Shown here in pieces: positions 50,240-62,270 of a stretch of 64,000 nt of DNA. This stretch comes from Leptogorgia sarmentosa (lineage: Eukaryota). A program made the position numbers and the translations under genes. The stretch covers positions 15,810,001 through 15,874,000 of the forward strand of contig OZ210885.1 of NCBI GenBank assembly GCA_964658305.1. Direction: 5' to 3'. The notes beneath the pieces are model-generated. The model was not told the DNA's origin. It saw nothing but the letters and a program-made list of their open reading frames with translations, and made no database searches. Every line of letters begins with the position of its first letter. Position 1 is the first letter of the stretch.

Positions 50240-51791
50240 TCAGGCGAAAAATGATTGAATGTTCCTCTGCTTCTTATTTTTCTGTATGCTTCGTTCCGTT
50301 AGCAAAGATAACTGAGCGGTTAGTTGGCGAATCTCCTCTTCTCCTTCATCTACAAACATACTGTAGGTGAGCAGGGTATCAATAGACTGTCTCACTTCAC
50401 TTGCAGCAGGTCGCTTAGGTGTCATCTAGCATTTCCATCTCGTCGTCAGAATCCTCGTCAACGCCGTCGCCTGTTTCACGAAACTCTGCTAGGATTTCTT
50501 CATCAGTCAAGGATTCCATGTTCGAGGTTAGCAAGTCTTGATCTGTAGCGATCACATCATTTAGGGTTATACAGGTTGGCACAAGCTCTGGGGAGCTTTC
50601 TCTCAAAAACTCCAGTTCCTCGCTTAAAATACTGAACGGGTCGTCAGCATCACAAATAGCACTTTGCTGCGCTTCACTGCCAATGCCAGCTTTCCTAAAG
50701 CAATTCCGAACTGTGTCCGAAGTCACTCTATTCCAAGCGCCCGTCAGGATCGTCATAGCATCTAAAATGGTGAAATTAGGAGGTAACATTCCCTTTTCCA
50801 ACGCGTCGATGTACTTGCGGACAGTTGTTCCACGGTAAAACTCCTTTAACGATCTGATGACGCCTTGATCCATTGGTTGCGTTTTGGATGTTGTATTCGG
50901 TGGCAGGAACACCAAATTAATAGCCTTCAGGTTAGATACTGTGGGGTGGGCAGGGCAATTATCTACAATAAGCGCTACTTTCCTGCCTTCGCTTTCAAAC
51001 TTACGATCTTGTTCACGGACCCATTCCTCGAAAAGTGTACTGTCCATCCAACTTTTCTTTTGAGACCGATATCTACATGGCAAGTTTTTAACTCCTTTGA
51101 AACACCGGGGATTTTTCGACTTCCCAATGACAAACATGGGTAATTTATCGCCTACTGCGTTACCAGCTGCTAGGCCCGTTAATCAAACTTTACTCAGCTT
51201 CCCACCAACACACTTCTCTGATTTCAGTTGCAATGATTTGTCTGGAAGTGCTTTATAAAAGAGACCAAATTCATCTGCGTTGTATATGTCTTGAAGGTCA
51301 TAGTTTGAGAGAATAGTTGGAAGAGTCAATTCTACCCATGACGCGGTCATTTCTTCGGTGCACGACTTGGCTTCACCAGAAACAGTTTTGAAAGATATTT
51401 CATGCCGACCCTTCCATCGCTCAAACCAGCCATTTGATGCTTTGAAGTTTTCTATGCCTAGTTCTTCAGCATACTTTAGAGCTTTCTCTTTTAGTATTGG
51501 ACCGTTGACGGGTAATCCCTCGTCCCTTATTTTTACAAACCATTTGTAAACAGCCTGATCCAGGTTTTCATAGTTGCTCGATTTTAGCTTTTGTGTATAA
51601 CGATTGTTTCCGCTCTCAAAAGCATTTACAATTTTTTCTTTGTTTTTCAACCACGTGGATAAAGTATTGCGAGGCACATTATACTCAGCAGCGACGTCCT
51701 TCTTTGGAATGCCACTCTCGATCTTCTTGAGGGCTTCATATTTTGCGCTTAATGTTTTAGTGGACAATTTTCGCTTGTTTGTGCCCGACAT
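50240..51791 (-). pseudogene. Tigger/CENP-B-like transposase (nonsense at 51183-51185; frameshift near 50420)
   Basis: psq-HTH and CENPB-HTH (FKASNGWFERWK), YNADEFGLFY, LIVDNCPAH and QPMDQGVI. Confidence 0.92.
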
Positions 51792-51948
51792 TGTTTGGTT
51801 AATGGTTTCAGCGCATAAGATAAAAGAGGCAAAAGCACTGTCCTTTCACACCTCATTCTCCGTTTGTCACTTTAAAATGCTCCGAAAGGGCTCTCGAATT
51901 TCAATGTAACACCCATTGTATCAAAGATTTGCACTGAGAGACACAGCA

Positions 51949-52329
51949 ATGGCCTCACTGATCGCGTTTGAAATCGAATCCTTCGTCAAAGGATACCATG
52001 CCTACCAATATGAATGGTCACCAAAAGTGGACGAAGTTTTAAAGGCAAAGATAGAGCCGACAAATATTGTTGATAAATACGCTGTGTCTGTTCTTCTTCA
52101 TGACAGAGTTGTGGGACATTTAAAACGAGGGAAAAGTGGGCGCTTAGCTAAAACAATCTTCTACTTTCTGCGAGCGGATATTTATAGTTCATGCACAGTC
52201 ATCGTCAAAGGCAAAGCAATTAACTTGGGTGACGGAGAAGGCATGCAAGTTCCATGCAAACTAAAATTCACTGGACAGGAAAAATATGTAGAGATTTTAC
52301 AAAAGGAACTAAAAAAACTAGATCAGTAA
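51949..52329 (+). CDS. HIRAN-like domain protein (126 aa), pogo cargo
   Basis: Intact ORF from MASLIAFEIES. Pattern VKGYHAY...W...L...EPTNIVDKYAVSV...VVGHL resembles the HIRAN consensus (G..y, EP.N..D.nAi.V, vGy). Confidence 0.7.
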   Translation: MASLIAFEIESFVKGYHAYQYEWSPKVDEVLKAKIEPTNIVDKYAVSVLLHDRVVGHLKRGKSGRLAKTIFYFLRADIYSSCTVIVKGKAINLGDGEGMQVPCKLKFTGQEKYVEILQKELKKLDQ

Positions 52330-52812
52330 CACTTGACGCTCTAGATCTCTATGTGTATAATCTGTTACTGAAAATTCACAATAGAACACTGATTGAATTG
52401 TTATTTGAATAATAATGCAGTTTCCGGTTGTTGAAATGCTGTGTTCTCACATTTTAAGGTTTGCCGATCCACGTCTCGAAAATAAAGTTCGAGTTAACGG
52501 GGTAAATTTGATCAAGGCATTTGTTCGAGTTAGCGAGGAGTTCGAGTTAAGCGAGTTTGAGTTAAGCGGAGTAAATTACTATAAAAAACAGTGTCAAATT
52601 CAAGGGGAATTGGATTTAGTTCGAGTAAGCGAAAAGTTCGAGTTAGCGGGGGACTACTGTATTACCTTATACCTTATACTTCGAGTCGCTATCTCAAGAT
52701 GATCTACAGTGAACATTTTCTATATATTACCTTATACTTCGAGTTGCTGTCTCAAGATGATCTACAGTGAACATTTTCTATTACTTTACTTCGTCAAGTT
52801 GTTGTCTCAAGA

Positions 52813-55090
52813 TTATTATTATTATGAGCTAAAAATACATGAAGGCAATAGTGCCTTAATTGTCATGCATTTACAATAAGAGATAAAATTTTTGATAAAA
52901 TTGCAATCTAAATATTTACAAAAATTTTTTTATTATATGGAAATAGACAAAAGTCAATTAACTAATTGTAATGTTTACTAAAACACTAAAAACTCAATAA
53001 AAACTGTAAGCATTTTAAAATCTTTATAAACTAATATTCTGCCAAGCTACTATTATAACACTTTATAGCTTTGAATAAAGGACTGTTCTTAAATCTTTCA
53101 GTTCTAGCTTTAAAATTATAATACTTATTTCCATCTGACCTGGTTTCTCTTTGCCTGGTATCTCTAACACGGTTTGGAAGTAAATAGTGTAAACGATGCT
53201 CAGGATGAGATATATTTGAAACCAATTCTACACAATGATTCTCGCATCTTTCACTCAGCATTTGCATGTTAAGGCGATTTAAGGCCACAGGGTAGTCCAC
53301 ACCAGGCAATATTATTCTAAAAGCTCTTTTCTGTATCCTTTCTATGTTAACGCTTTGAGCTTTGGTTAAACCTCCGTGCCACAACACATCTCCATATTCC
53401 AAGGTTGACCTGATCACACTACAATAAAATTGTAGCAAATCCTGGGATGGCGCTCCATATTTCTTAAGTACTTTAAGCAAATACAATCGTTTCCTTGCTT
53501 TCTTCACGATGTACTCAGTATTTTTAGTTCATTTTAGGTTATCTTCAAGCCATATTCCCAACAATTTATATGATGGAACCTTTCCAAGTCCGAGTCATAT
53601 AACTTGATACTCCTAAACACAGTTTTCTTAATACGAAATTCAAAAATCATCTCTTTAGTTTTTTTCCATTTAGTACCATCCTTTGTTCGCTGCAAAATTT
53701 TGATATCCTCTTGACATTATACTCCATGTTACCAATTGGTTCATTTGACTTGTGATTACTTACATTCAATATTTCTGATAGTGTAGTGTCATCAATAAAC
53801 ATTGAACTTTGTTCTGCATTGGTTGTATTGTCTGTCACCGCAACATCAGGTAGGCGGTTAATTTTGGCAAGGAAGGAAAAGGGTCCAATTTTACTCCCTT
53901 GTGGTACCCCAGCGTTGGTATAGCGGAAGGTCGACAACTTTCCGTCAAATTTAACTCTATGTTGACGTTGAGATAGATAGGACGCTATCCAAGGTAACAA
54001 GGCAGATCTTACGCCAATGTTTTTCAAATCAGAGAGAAGAATATTATGATCAATAAGATCAAAGAACCGGATGTCCACCAAACTGTCTTGCACTAATATT
54101 GTCTCTAGCATCTTCCAGCATCCATTCTAATGCGTAGCTTTCTTGTATTTTGGGAAAAATGCTTGTAATTGCTATAGGTCTTATGTTTTCGGTGTCAGTA
54201 CAGGAATTATACCTCGGAATTGGACAGATGTTATAAGCTTTCCAGATGTCACCAAAACGTTTCTCATGGAACGACGTATTAATAATGTCTGTAAGGGGAG
54301 TTGCAAATTCTTCGGCAAATCTTTTAATTATTTTTGGTGGTGGGTCAAAAGGACCTGGAGATTTGTTAACACTGACCTGTTGTAGCTTCTTTAAAACAGA
54401 GTTTCTTGTGACAGTAGGCAGATCTAAATTTTGGACCACGGCAAGATGGTGCTGATGTATCGTACTGTACTCTTTTGTTAGATTAGCGAAATACTTATTG
54501 ATTTCTTCCGCCACATCTTCTGATGACAAAGGTTCACCATTATCTGGGTTTGTGAGATGGATTTTCGTATCTTTCTTGTTATTGCAAACCTTTTTATCGC
54601 ATTCCACCACGATTTTGGGTCGCTATTTCTTAATGGTTTTATTTTCTTATTGTAAAATGATGCCTTCTCCTTTTTAATTTCGTTAGTTACCCTATTACGT
54701 AGCTCTCTATAACGTTGTTTGTCAATGTTGCGGAATGCTCTGTTACGTTGATTGATTAAGCTCTTGATTTTCCCTGTCATAAAAGGTTTATCCTCAGCAT
54801 GAAATTTTACCATGCGCTTTGGAAAGTATTGTTCAATTTTGTCATGAATAATGTGGATGAAATGTTCTAATTTCTCATTCACAGTTGAATACATGCCTAA
54901 GATAGATTCCCATGGGTAAGTTTTTAGCCACTCACCTAAACTCTCAAGACTCGATTCCTTAATTGGCCGAAGTTCAGCTTTTCTGGTAACATTCTTAGAC
55001 TTTTCAACAAATTTCGCCTTCCAAAGAACAAGCATATGATCTGAAGTGTCAAGAGGCGCTTCTGTAATAGGAACATTGTAGAGCTCAACG
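52813..55090 (-). mobile_element. 5'-truncated, frameshifted CR1-group LINE (L2/Daphne/Crack-like)
   Basis: TSDHMLV (endonuclease end), IRPIAITS, RQFG, GVPQGSKIGP, FIDD, FYCSVIRSTLEY and RTERFKNS. (TAA)n tail near 52813-52824. Confidence 0.85.
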
Positions 55091-55724
55091 ATGTACAGTG
55101 AACATTTTTTATTACTTTACTAACTTCGAGCTGCTGTCTCAAGATGATCTTTTCCATCGCATTTAGTCAGACACCACTTGCAGGGTTATTTTATAGTGAA
55201 ACGGACGTTACCTTTCCTTTATGCTATTGTGTCAAGATAATTAACAGATGAACGCCCAGATACTGCTATAAAAAGATCAACAACAGCGTTGGTGAGCTGA
55301 TGATGACATGTAACAGATGATTACCATTACTGATTATCCTTGGTGATCCTTTTTTAAACTCCGCCATTGCTGGTTCCAAGCCCGGATGAAAAAAGAGGAG
55401 GGTTGGCCTTGGGTCAAAATGAAAGAACCCAACCCATAAGACTGTGTCACATGTAAAACGCCAAAATGACATCAGTTTCAAACGAAAAAGTTTCCAAGAA
55501 GAGCCTCAAATATAGCGTGATCAACGCGATGACAGGCATGATGCCAAAACGATAATTGGAGGAGAGAATTGTGGTTGTATGTGTGCTTGTAAGTGCTGTG
55601 ATATTGTGATTTGTCCATATGATATGTTCTTTCAATTAAATATCTTAGTAGTTTTTGGTAGATTTTTCGTTATTTTCCTCCTAAAATACGGTCTGACAAG
55701 GGTGACTTTTTCGACACAATTGGA

Positions 55725-55869
55725 TGCTCAGAATGCTGGAAATAGCATTTCCAGGTCTCAAACCTCAAGGTTTCTAGGGGGGGCATGCCCCCGTGCCCCC
55801 CTAGAGAACTCGCGGCTTTGCCGCTCGATAGCTCAGATAAAGTCAGATTTTGACCTGGATCCGCCCCTG
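55725..55869. mobile_element. hAT-type terminus, probably the 3' end of the hAT element at 32350-35816
   Basis: Ends CTGGATCCGCCCCTG (CAGGGGCGGATCCAG on the minus strand) with a subterminal GGGGGGCATGCCCCC hairpin. No matching left TIR found. Confidence 0.5.
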
Positions 55870-56029
55870 ACACATATAAATTACATACTATATTTTAGCT
55901 AAAATATATGATACACAGCATATAGTGTTGTAATTATTGGTACTCAAACAATTAATATTACTCCAAATGTAAATAGGACTATTGTAAGTCTCAATGATGG
56001 TTTAAAAAATTATTTGTCCATGATGACTT

Positions 56030-57335
56030 ATACCTTTGTAGTGGGTTGAGCCATTTCCTTGCTATACATGTGTGGTACATGTTTTTGCACAGAGTTTGTT
56101 AAAAAATTTAATGCAGGAATATGATCGACAATGATTTGGTAACACTGAGCCATTTAGTATATCAGATATATTGCAAATAGGCTCCTGATATTCTGTTTTT
56201 AATGCAGTTATGATTTGTCCAATGAAATCTTTATTCTGATTTTCAGCAGTCATACCTTTCACTTCTTGCCTAAAGTCAATATTGTCTATGACAAAATGAA
56301 TTCCACATCCATTAACTGCAATTGCTGGCATAGAGGCTACACTTTCACTACTCACTGTTGATGAAACTACATCATTTACAAGTGATCTCCTTTCAGGTTG
56401 TGGTTGACCAGTTGACTGGTTTGTTTCTGGCCATTCCACATTGTTTACTTTCTCTTTATGTGAGATAACTTTCATCAAGTGCTTCGAAATCACATCTTTC
56501 TCAATCAAAACATCTTGATCATACTTGCACCCATATTCGTTTAGTTTTCTTAACAGTGTTGTGTTTGAAACAGTGATCTTCATGGCACATAACCTTGCAT
56601 AGAGAGCCTTAAAATTAATATACACCTTTAGTTAGGATGTATATAATGTATACTGTGTATAATAGGCATAAATTTGCAACTACTTAAACACATACTCAGG
56701 GTGGCAGATGGAGGGTTCGCGCTGGGGTGGGTTGATTTGTACAGTAGCTCTAATGACAGCAATTACAATTGCTATTATACATGCAAACAAGTATTACTGA
56801 ATGTATATTTTACCCTCTCTGGCCACATTTAAAACGATACAAAACTAGTCTGTACTCGTAGGCACTGGACATACCTGATTTGCACTGAATTTAAGTATTA
56901 ATGACATCATGATCTGTGTTGCGTTAAGAAACATACACCTCTCTCTTAATAATATAGATCCAGCGACAACAACACTTGGAATGAATTCTAACGTACTTGA
57001 GTCTTTATTTTTCTCATCAACAACATGGAGTAGTATAATGGCGCCCTTTTCGATAGCTCTTCACAAACCTTCCGAAGTTCAAATCGTCTGATATCTGCGG
57101 TAGCATTTTTTCTTAGAATGCTTGGATTTTTTTTGGACGTCAATTCAGCACATTCTCTTGACAACTGCCATAGAAAACATTTTGTAATTTCTACTTTAAG
57201 TGGTTTAATTTTAAAAATAGCATCGGCAATCTGCGAGAATGTCCCTCTAACCAATCCAATTCCGAGGGAAGTAAATTCTTTACTGAGTATTTTCACTCTG
57301 CGATAATCTTCACTTGCCCACTTTAAGCTGACCTA
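56030..57335 (-). pseudogene. DUF6589/Academ-like transposase, N-terminal exons
   Basis: ECAELTSKKNPSILR...EELSKRAPL, then LYARLCAMKITVS..TLLRKL...FVIDNIDF...MTAENQNKD, ending HMYSKEMAQPTTK|GT. Confidence 0.55.
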
Positions 57336-59522
57336 CAACGTTTCAAAACAAAGCCCTAACCCTAACACTTCCCTTTCCCTCCAACAAGGTAACAATTAGT
57401 CGATTCAACGATAGCCGCACAACATAACAGACACCTGATCATAAGAAATTTTATTAAGCAATTAATAAAATAAAGTTAATGAGGAAATGTTCTGCAAGAT
57501 GTTTTTAGGTTTCTGCGTAACAGGTGAGAAGCGGCAGGTTTGCATAATCCTATAATTAAGCTATCACTGTGTCAGATATACGCCAGGTCGGTTCCAAAGT
57601 GCAATCCCTCCACCATATTGCCAGTGCACGTGAATAAGTTGTGACTTCAGCTCTCACCCAATCAAATTCCGAGTTTCCTTGGTGCGAAAAGCAACCAATC
57701 GCAGATCAAGCTAAATCACTTGTCCAAGCCAAAAGGCGCACACAAGCTGTTCGCCTTTCATATTGTATCCGAGTTTACTCAAGCCGACTCGTAACTCGGT
57801 GATCCAAAAAATTTTCTTCCCACCCACCCACCGCTTCCATGCACGTCAACCCTAAAGCATTTTTCGTGCTCTCCATTACCATGGCGTATACCTGTCCCAA
57901 ACAAACATGAACAGCTACTGTCTATACCTATACGGTTCCACCGGTCGCCTATATTTCTATCGTGCACGATTATGCACATACGAGATGTATACCATATGGA
58001 TACACCTCTACATAACATATGGATTTTTAGTTTACACCTATGGTAGGAACACTCGCACTTCACCAAGCACAGACTCGTGCAACGTGTCACTCATAGCCAC
58101 ACATACTGTATATCACGGACGTGAGGTATCACGCATCGCTTGTCTGTCAATTATGATTATTGTTAGTTTCATATAGTCTAAAGGAAATATACCATTGGGT
58201 TCAGGGATGAAGCGCTACTTATTGTCACGTTCAAGCCCATAGACTCATGCTTAATTTATTGTAATTATACATCAGTTGAATCTCTAGGATTGTACAACTG
58301 TGTGTACAGTTGTTCAGATATAGGTGTTGTGAATCTAGCTATCTCCTGGGTATGCGCGTGTGCGCATATCAAACGTTCTGTCGCGTGTGCGCTGAATGTA
58401 TAGGACTGTGTGTACAGTGCATAGCTAGCTCGTTTGCAACATATTACATATAAGCAATATATTACAATTTAATTGGTGTAATAGCGAGTCTTTGGGATGA
58501 CGCTTGGCCCTATCTTTTACGATAAAACTTTACAGTGCTTCACCCTGAAACCCCTTATCCCACAAAACTTGTGTGTGTGTGTTTTTCTTCTTGCGCGTTG
58601 CGGAATTTTGCATGATTTGAATACAGAACAGCTTCAATCATTAATTTCACAATGGCTGCAATTTTGCTACAATTAAAATTTACGATATTCGCGTGCCGTA
58701 CATAATTATGCAGAATTACCATCTCAGCCAATCAAAATCGCTACCAGATTTCGTGGTAGTGGATGACATCACTGGACTGTGTTTTCGCCAAATGTATTCA
58801 GAGTTCAGATGCTCCTTTCCCCCATATCCTCCCCAAGGAGCATCTGAATTTCAGGCTATACAAAATGCAATATTTATCTGTGTTTACTGAAGAAACCGAA
58901 ACTGTTTCACTGACTTTCACTGCCAGTGACATTATTCTCTTTTAGTAACATTCTCTTATAGTCTTATAGAAATAATTGATTAATTATTGTTTTAGTTTGC
59001 TGCCAGACATGATAAATATATAAACAGAGCTTGCATAAATATTATTTCAGGCCGCCATTGTCAGTTCTTCACCTGTTTTTTTTATTAACTTACTTTGAAC
59101 AACTCCCTATGAAATTCAATTTTATTGCATTTTTATTTGAAATAATTTATTTTGTGGAATTTGCAAGTCTCTCATGCACAGTTGTGCAAAAACTGAAATT
59201 TCTCTCTTGTTCACCAACAACAAATCAATCAATTTTTTATGTTTTTGTAATTATTAGTTACCAATTAACTTTTATAGAATATTTTTGATTTTTAGTTTGT
59301 GTATGCAAAAAAGCATGCATGAAAGGGTTAATGTACAGTCAACTGTATAGTTTAAGTTTACTATAATACCACATACCTACCAGCCGAAATTATATCTCTT
59401 ATTCTTCAATCTACTATATAGTACGGCTACCAGCCGCAGTTTTGTGTAGTTACTGTGGTATACTACAATATCTTACGGCTTCCAGCCGAAATTATATCTA
59501 TATATTATTCTTCAATCTACTA

Positions 59523-60170
59523 CCGGGTGGCGCAAAAAAAAGTACATCTGTTTGATTACTTATAGCTCAGAAACCATAAGCAGTAGAACCCTAAGTTTCA
59601 TTGCATCCAGCGATGTCTAACTTAAATTTTGGTATATTCGACAGGCATTTCCAGCCAAGATTGACTGAGATATGAGAGTTTAAACTTTTGTGAACACCAG
59701 GGTGCATTCCGTGTACAAAACTTCCGAGATCTCCGGCGTGAAGAAAGGTCAGCTCTTGGCGTAGTGGCGTGAGATTGAGTTTGATGGCGCACTGGCGTAA
59801 CAGATAATCAACGAATTTGGCGTATTTGTTTGGCGAATTTGGGGTATTGCAAATAGATTCCCCAAAAACTTCCGAACCGTTTACCGCGCTCAAGTTGCTG
59901 TACATTTGATTTATAGCACGTTGACTTTGTTTATGCTAACGTTTGTAAAAAAATATGCAAAAGTTTGTTAAAAAGCATTTCTATCGAATTACGTATACAT
60001 TGAAAAATAAAGTAACAGGTCAGATGATGTGGCTCATCAGCTCATATATGGCGGCGTGGAACTGCGTTAAACTTGGCGTAACTAAAAATTGTTTCAGCAT
60101 ACCTCCGGCGTATGATTTACACGGAATGCACCCTGGTGTGAACAATTTTGAAACCTTCACAAATTAGCTA
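59523..60170. mobile_element. Tc1/mariner-type MITE, right end unclear
   Basis: TA|CCGGGTGGCGCAAAAAAAAGT start. Internal inverted repeat ACACCAGGGTGCATTCCGTGTA (about 59694) and TACACGGAATGCACCCTGGTGT (about 60118). Confidence 0.5.
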
Positions 60171-61449
60171 AAAATGGCCTATTATATATTAATACAGCAT
60201 TAACGAGATATAAAGATGTGTATTTTGTGTATTTAACGTGAGAATAATGGTAACAAACATGATGATTGGAAGATTTCCTATTTAGATTTGTTACTGACGC
60301 TTACTCGTTTAAGGTTTAAGGATGTTTACTTAACAAATTTCGTACTACAGACTTGAAACAAATACTTTAATGAAAAAAATCAGAGCAAACATATCCTTTT
60401 TCTTGTCAAGGATTCAATTATCAGAACTTCCAATGGATGCATGTCATGCCCATTTATTTTCATGTATGGTTGTATGTTTATTGCGCACCAATAAAATTTG
60501 AAAAATTAGAAAATAGTACTATTTATGTATACAACAGATTGTAAATAATGAGTTTCTGTGATAATTAATTTTACAATAGTGAGCTTATTAAAGCAAGCGA
60601 CTTTTTTACTACGCCACCACAATTTTCTGTTTCGTAAACCGCCAGGGTCACCAGTTACAATCAGTCTCACCACCTTTAACATACGTCACATCCGGCTTTA
60701 AATTTAGTAATACATGAAGTCCACTTATTCTTTTAAACAAGACGCCCGCTCTGGCGTTAGCTTGCGATGCGGTTACAGTCAGTGTTGATTGTCAAAGATC
60801 CTGTATGTACTACACAACTGTGCAACTAAATATGAGGCTCAAGTTTAGACGTCAAACTTTTGTCGAATCAAATGCATTTCAAACAAAAAATAAACAGTCA
60901 ACTTGTGACTTACTCGTCTAATTATCCATTATTTGAATTGCATTTGACTGGACACAAGAGCGAACTGAGTGGCCTGAGTTCTAGACGAAAGAAGTTGGTA
61001 CATTACGTGACACTATGACGTGTCTTGTTAGATAATTTATTCATACACGCTCGACACGAAATAATAATGTATTTGTTTACATTATACTGAAATGATCAAC
61101 AACTTCGTTTATTTAGTACACAAGCGCTACATAAGATATCATTCTGACGTTGTAGTTGGGTAGATCAAGTAATATTTGATGGCCAAAAGCTTAATTATTT
61201 AATTACCCAGCGCTAAATCGACAGAAGACGGCAAGCAAGTTCAGTATTTGTTTGGTTCGACTTACAGGGGTTAAGTCTGATGACTATTTTATTAATATCA
61301 TTTTAATATCATAAGTGTGATTTTTACCCGAAACCTATCAGCCCCCCCTTGCCTCGTATGCCTATGACTGAAACATATAGATTTTATACACATTGGTGAA
61401 TATAATTTCTTCTTACCACAAAAAATGTGACAAATGGGCATTTACATAC

Positions 61450-61785
61450 CTTATCCTTACGATGGGTTATTTGAGCGATATTTGTGCAAGACGGTCCCTT
61501 ATTGGTAACTAATACGTCACAAGAACCTGGTGGAAGGTTAAAATGCTTTGCACACACCCGCTTTAAATTTGTAAGATTCAACTCGTCATGATCGAATGCG
61601 ACAAATTCTCTTGGTGACACAGGTTTAAACGTCTGTTTATTGTCTGGTTCTGCTGCCAGCCGTTGAACTATCAATTCGTGCGGCGCGGTCGCACTTTTAC
61701 CACGTTTACCAGTTTCTACTCTTGCTCGTTTTGCTCCCATTTTCGCTTTTAATTCATTCCACAATGCTTGCCTTTTGGGAGGCAT
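61450..61785 (-). CDS. First exon of an unknown accessory gene of a second IS3EU-type element
   Basis: MPPKRQALW...IVQRLAAE...PREFVAF...CDVLVTNKGPSC...RKDK followed by a GTATGT donor. It points inward from the terminus at 62270. Confidence 0.55.
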
Positions 61786-61979
61786 TGTTAAATTTAATGG
61801 ATATAACGACTAAAATAAAAATAGGACCATAAACATGCACAATTACAGTTTCCGACCAGGCCTGGTTTCCGACAATGTGTCTCTTGAGAAAGTCAGAAAG
61901 AATGGGAAACGTGCACGTGTAAAGAAACCGCTGACTGCCCCAAATGCGGGCTATGAGAACGATGGGCACGTCGGTAACA

Positions 61980-62270
61980 TGTAAAATTCAATTTCAAATT
62001 GAAAATGATGTCTGAAGAAAAAAAGCTTTTAAATTTTTTTTTTAAAATCAAAATAAATTTTCAAAAAGAAATTTTCAAAAAGAAATAAAATTTATTCGGA
62101 AAATTTCGCTTTTTTTTTAATTAATTATTTTACGAAAAATATTCAAGCATTTTTTTTATATTATTATTTTTTTCTAAATTTAATTTGTTTTAATTTTTAT
62201 TTTGCTAAATTATTCATTTCTTGCAGTTGTTAATGTGTTGAATTTACTATGAGAACAATGGGCCACCATA
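61980..62270. mobile_element. IS3EU-type terminus (single end)
   Basis: Ends TGGGCCACCATA (TATGGTGGCCCA on the minus strand), 11/12 identical to the terminus TACGGTGGCCCA at 8427. Confidence 0.55.

Larger units (their letters stand above)
49932..52659. mobile_element. pogo/Tigger DNA transposon with a second, divergent gene
   Basis: TA|CAGTAGTCCCCCGCTAACTCGAAC...GTTCGAGTTAGCGGGGGACTACTG|TA, with subterminal TTCGAGTTA repeats. Confidence 0.92.
49815..55150. repeat. 58-bp tandem repeat broken into three blocks by later insertions
   Basis: Unit approximately TACTTCGAGTTGCTGTCTCAAGATGATCTACAGTGAACATTTTCTATATATTACCTTA, at 49815-49931, 52660-52812 and 55090-55150. Confidence 0.8.

Noticed and set aside
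57779..59288. Short ORFs as genes
   Set aside because: No recognisable motifs; consistent with chance ORFs in repeat-derived sequence. The same applies to the many antisense shadow ORFs over TE genes elsewhere in the track.
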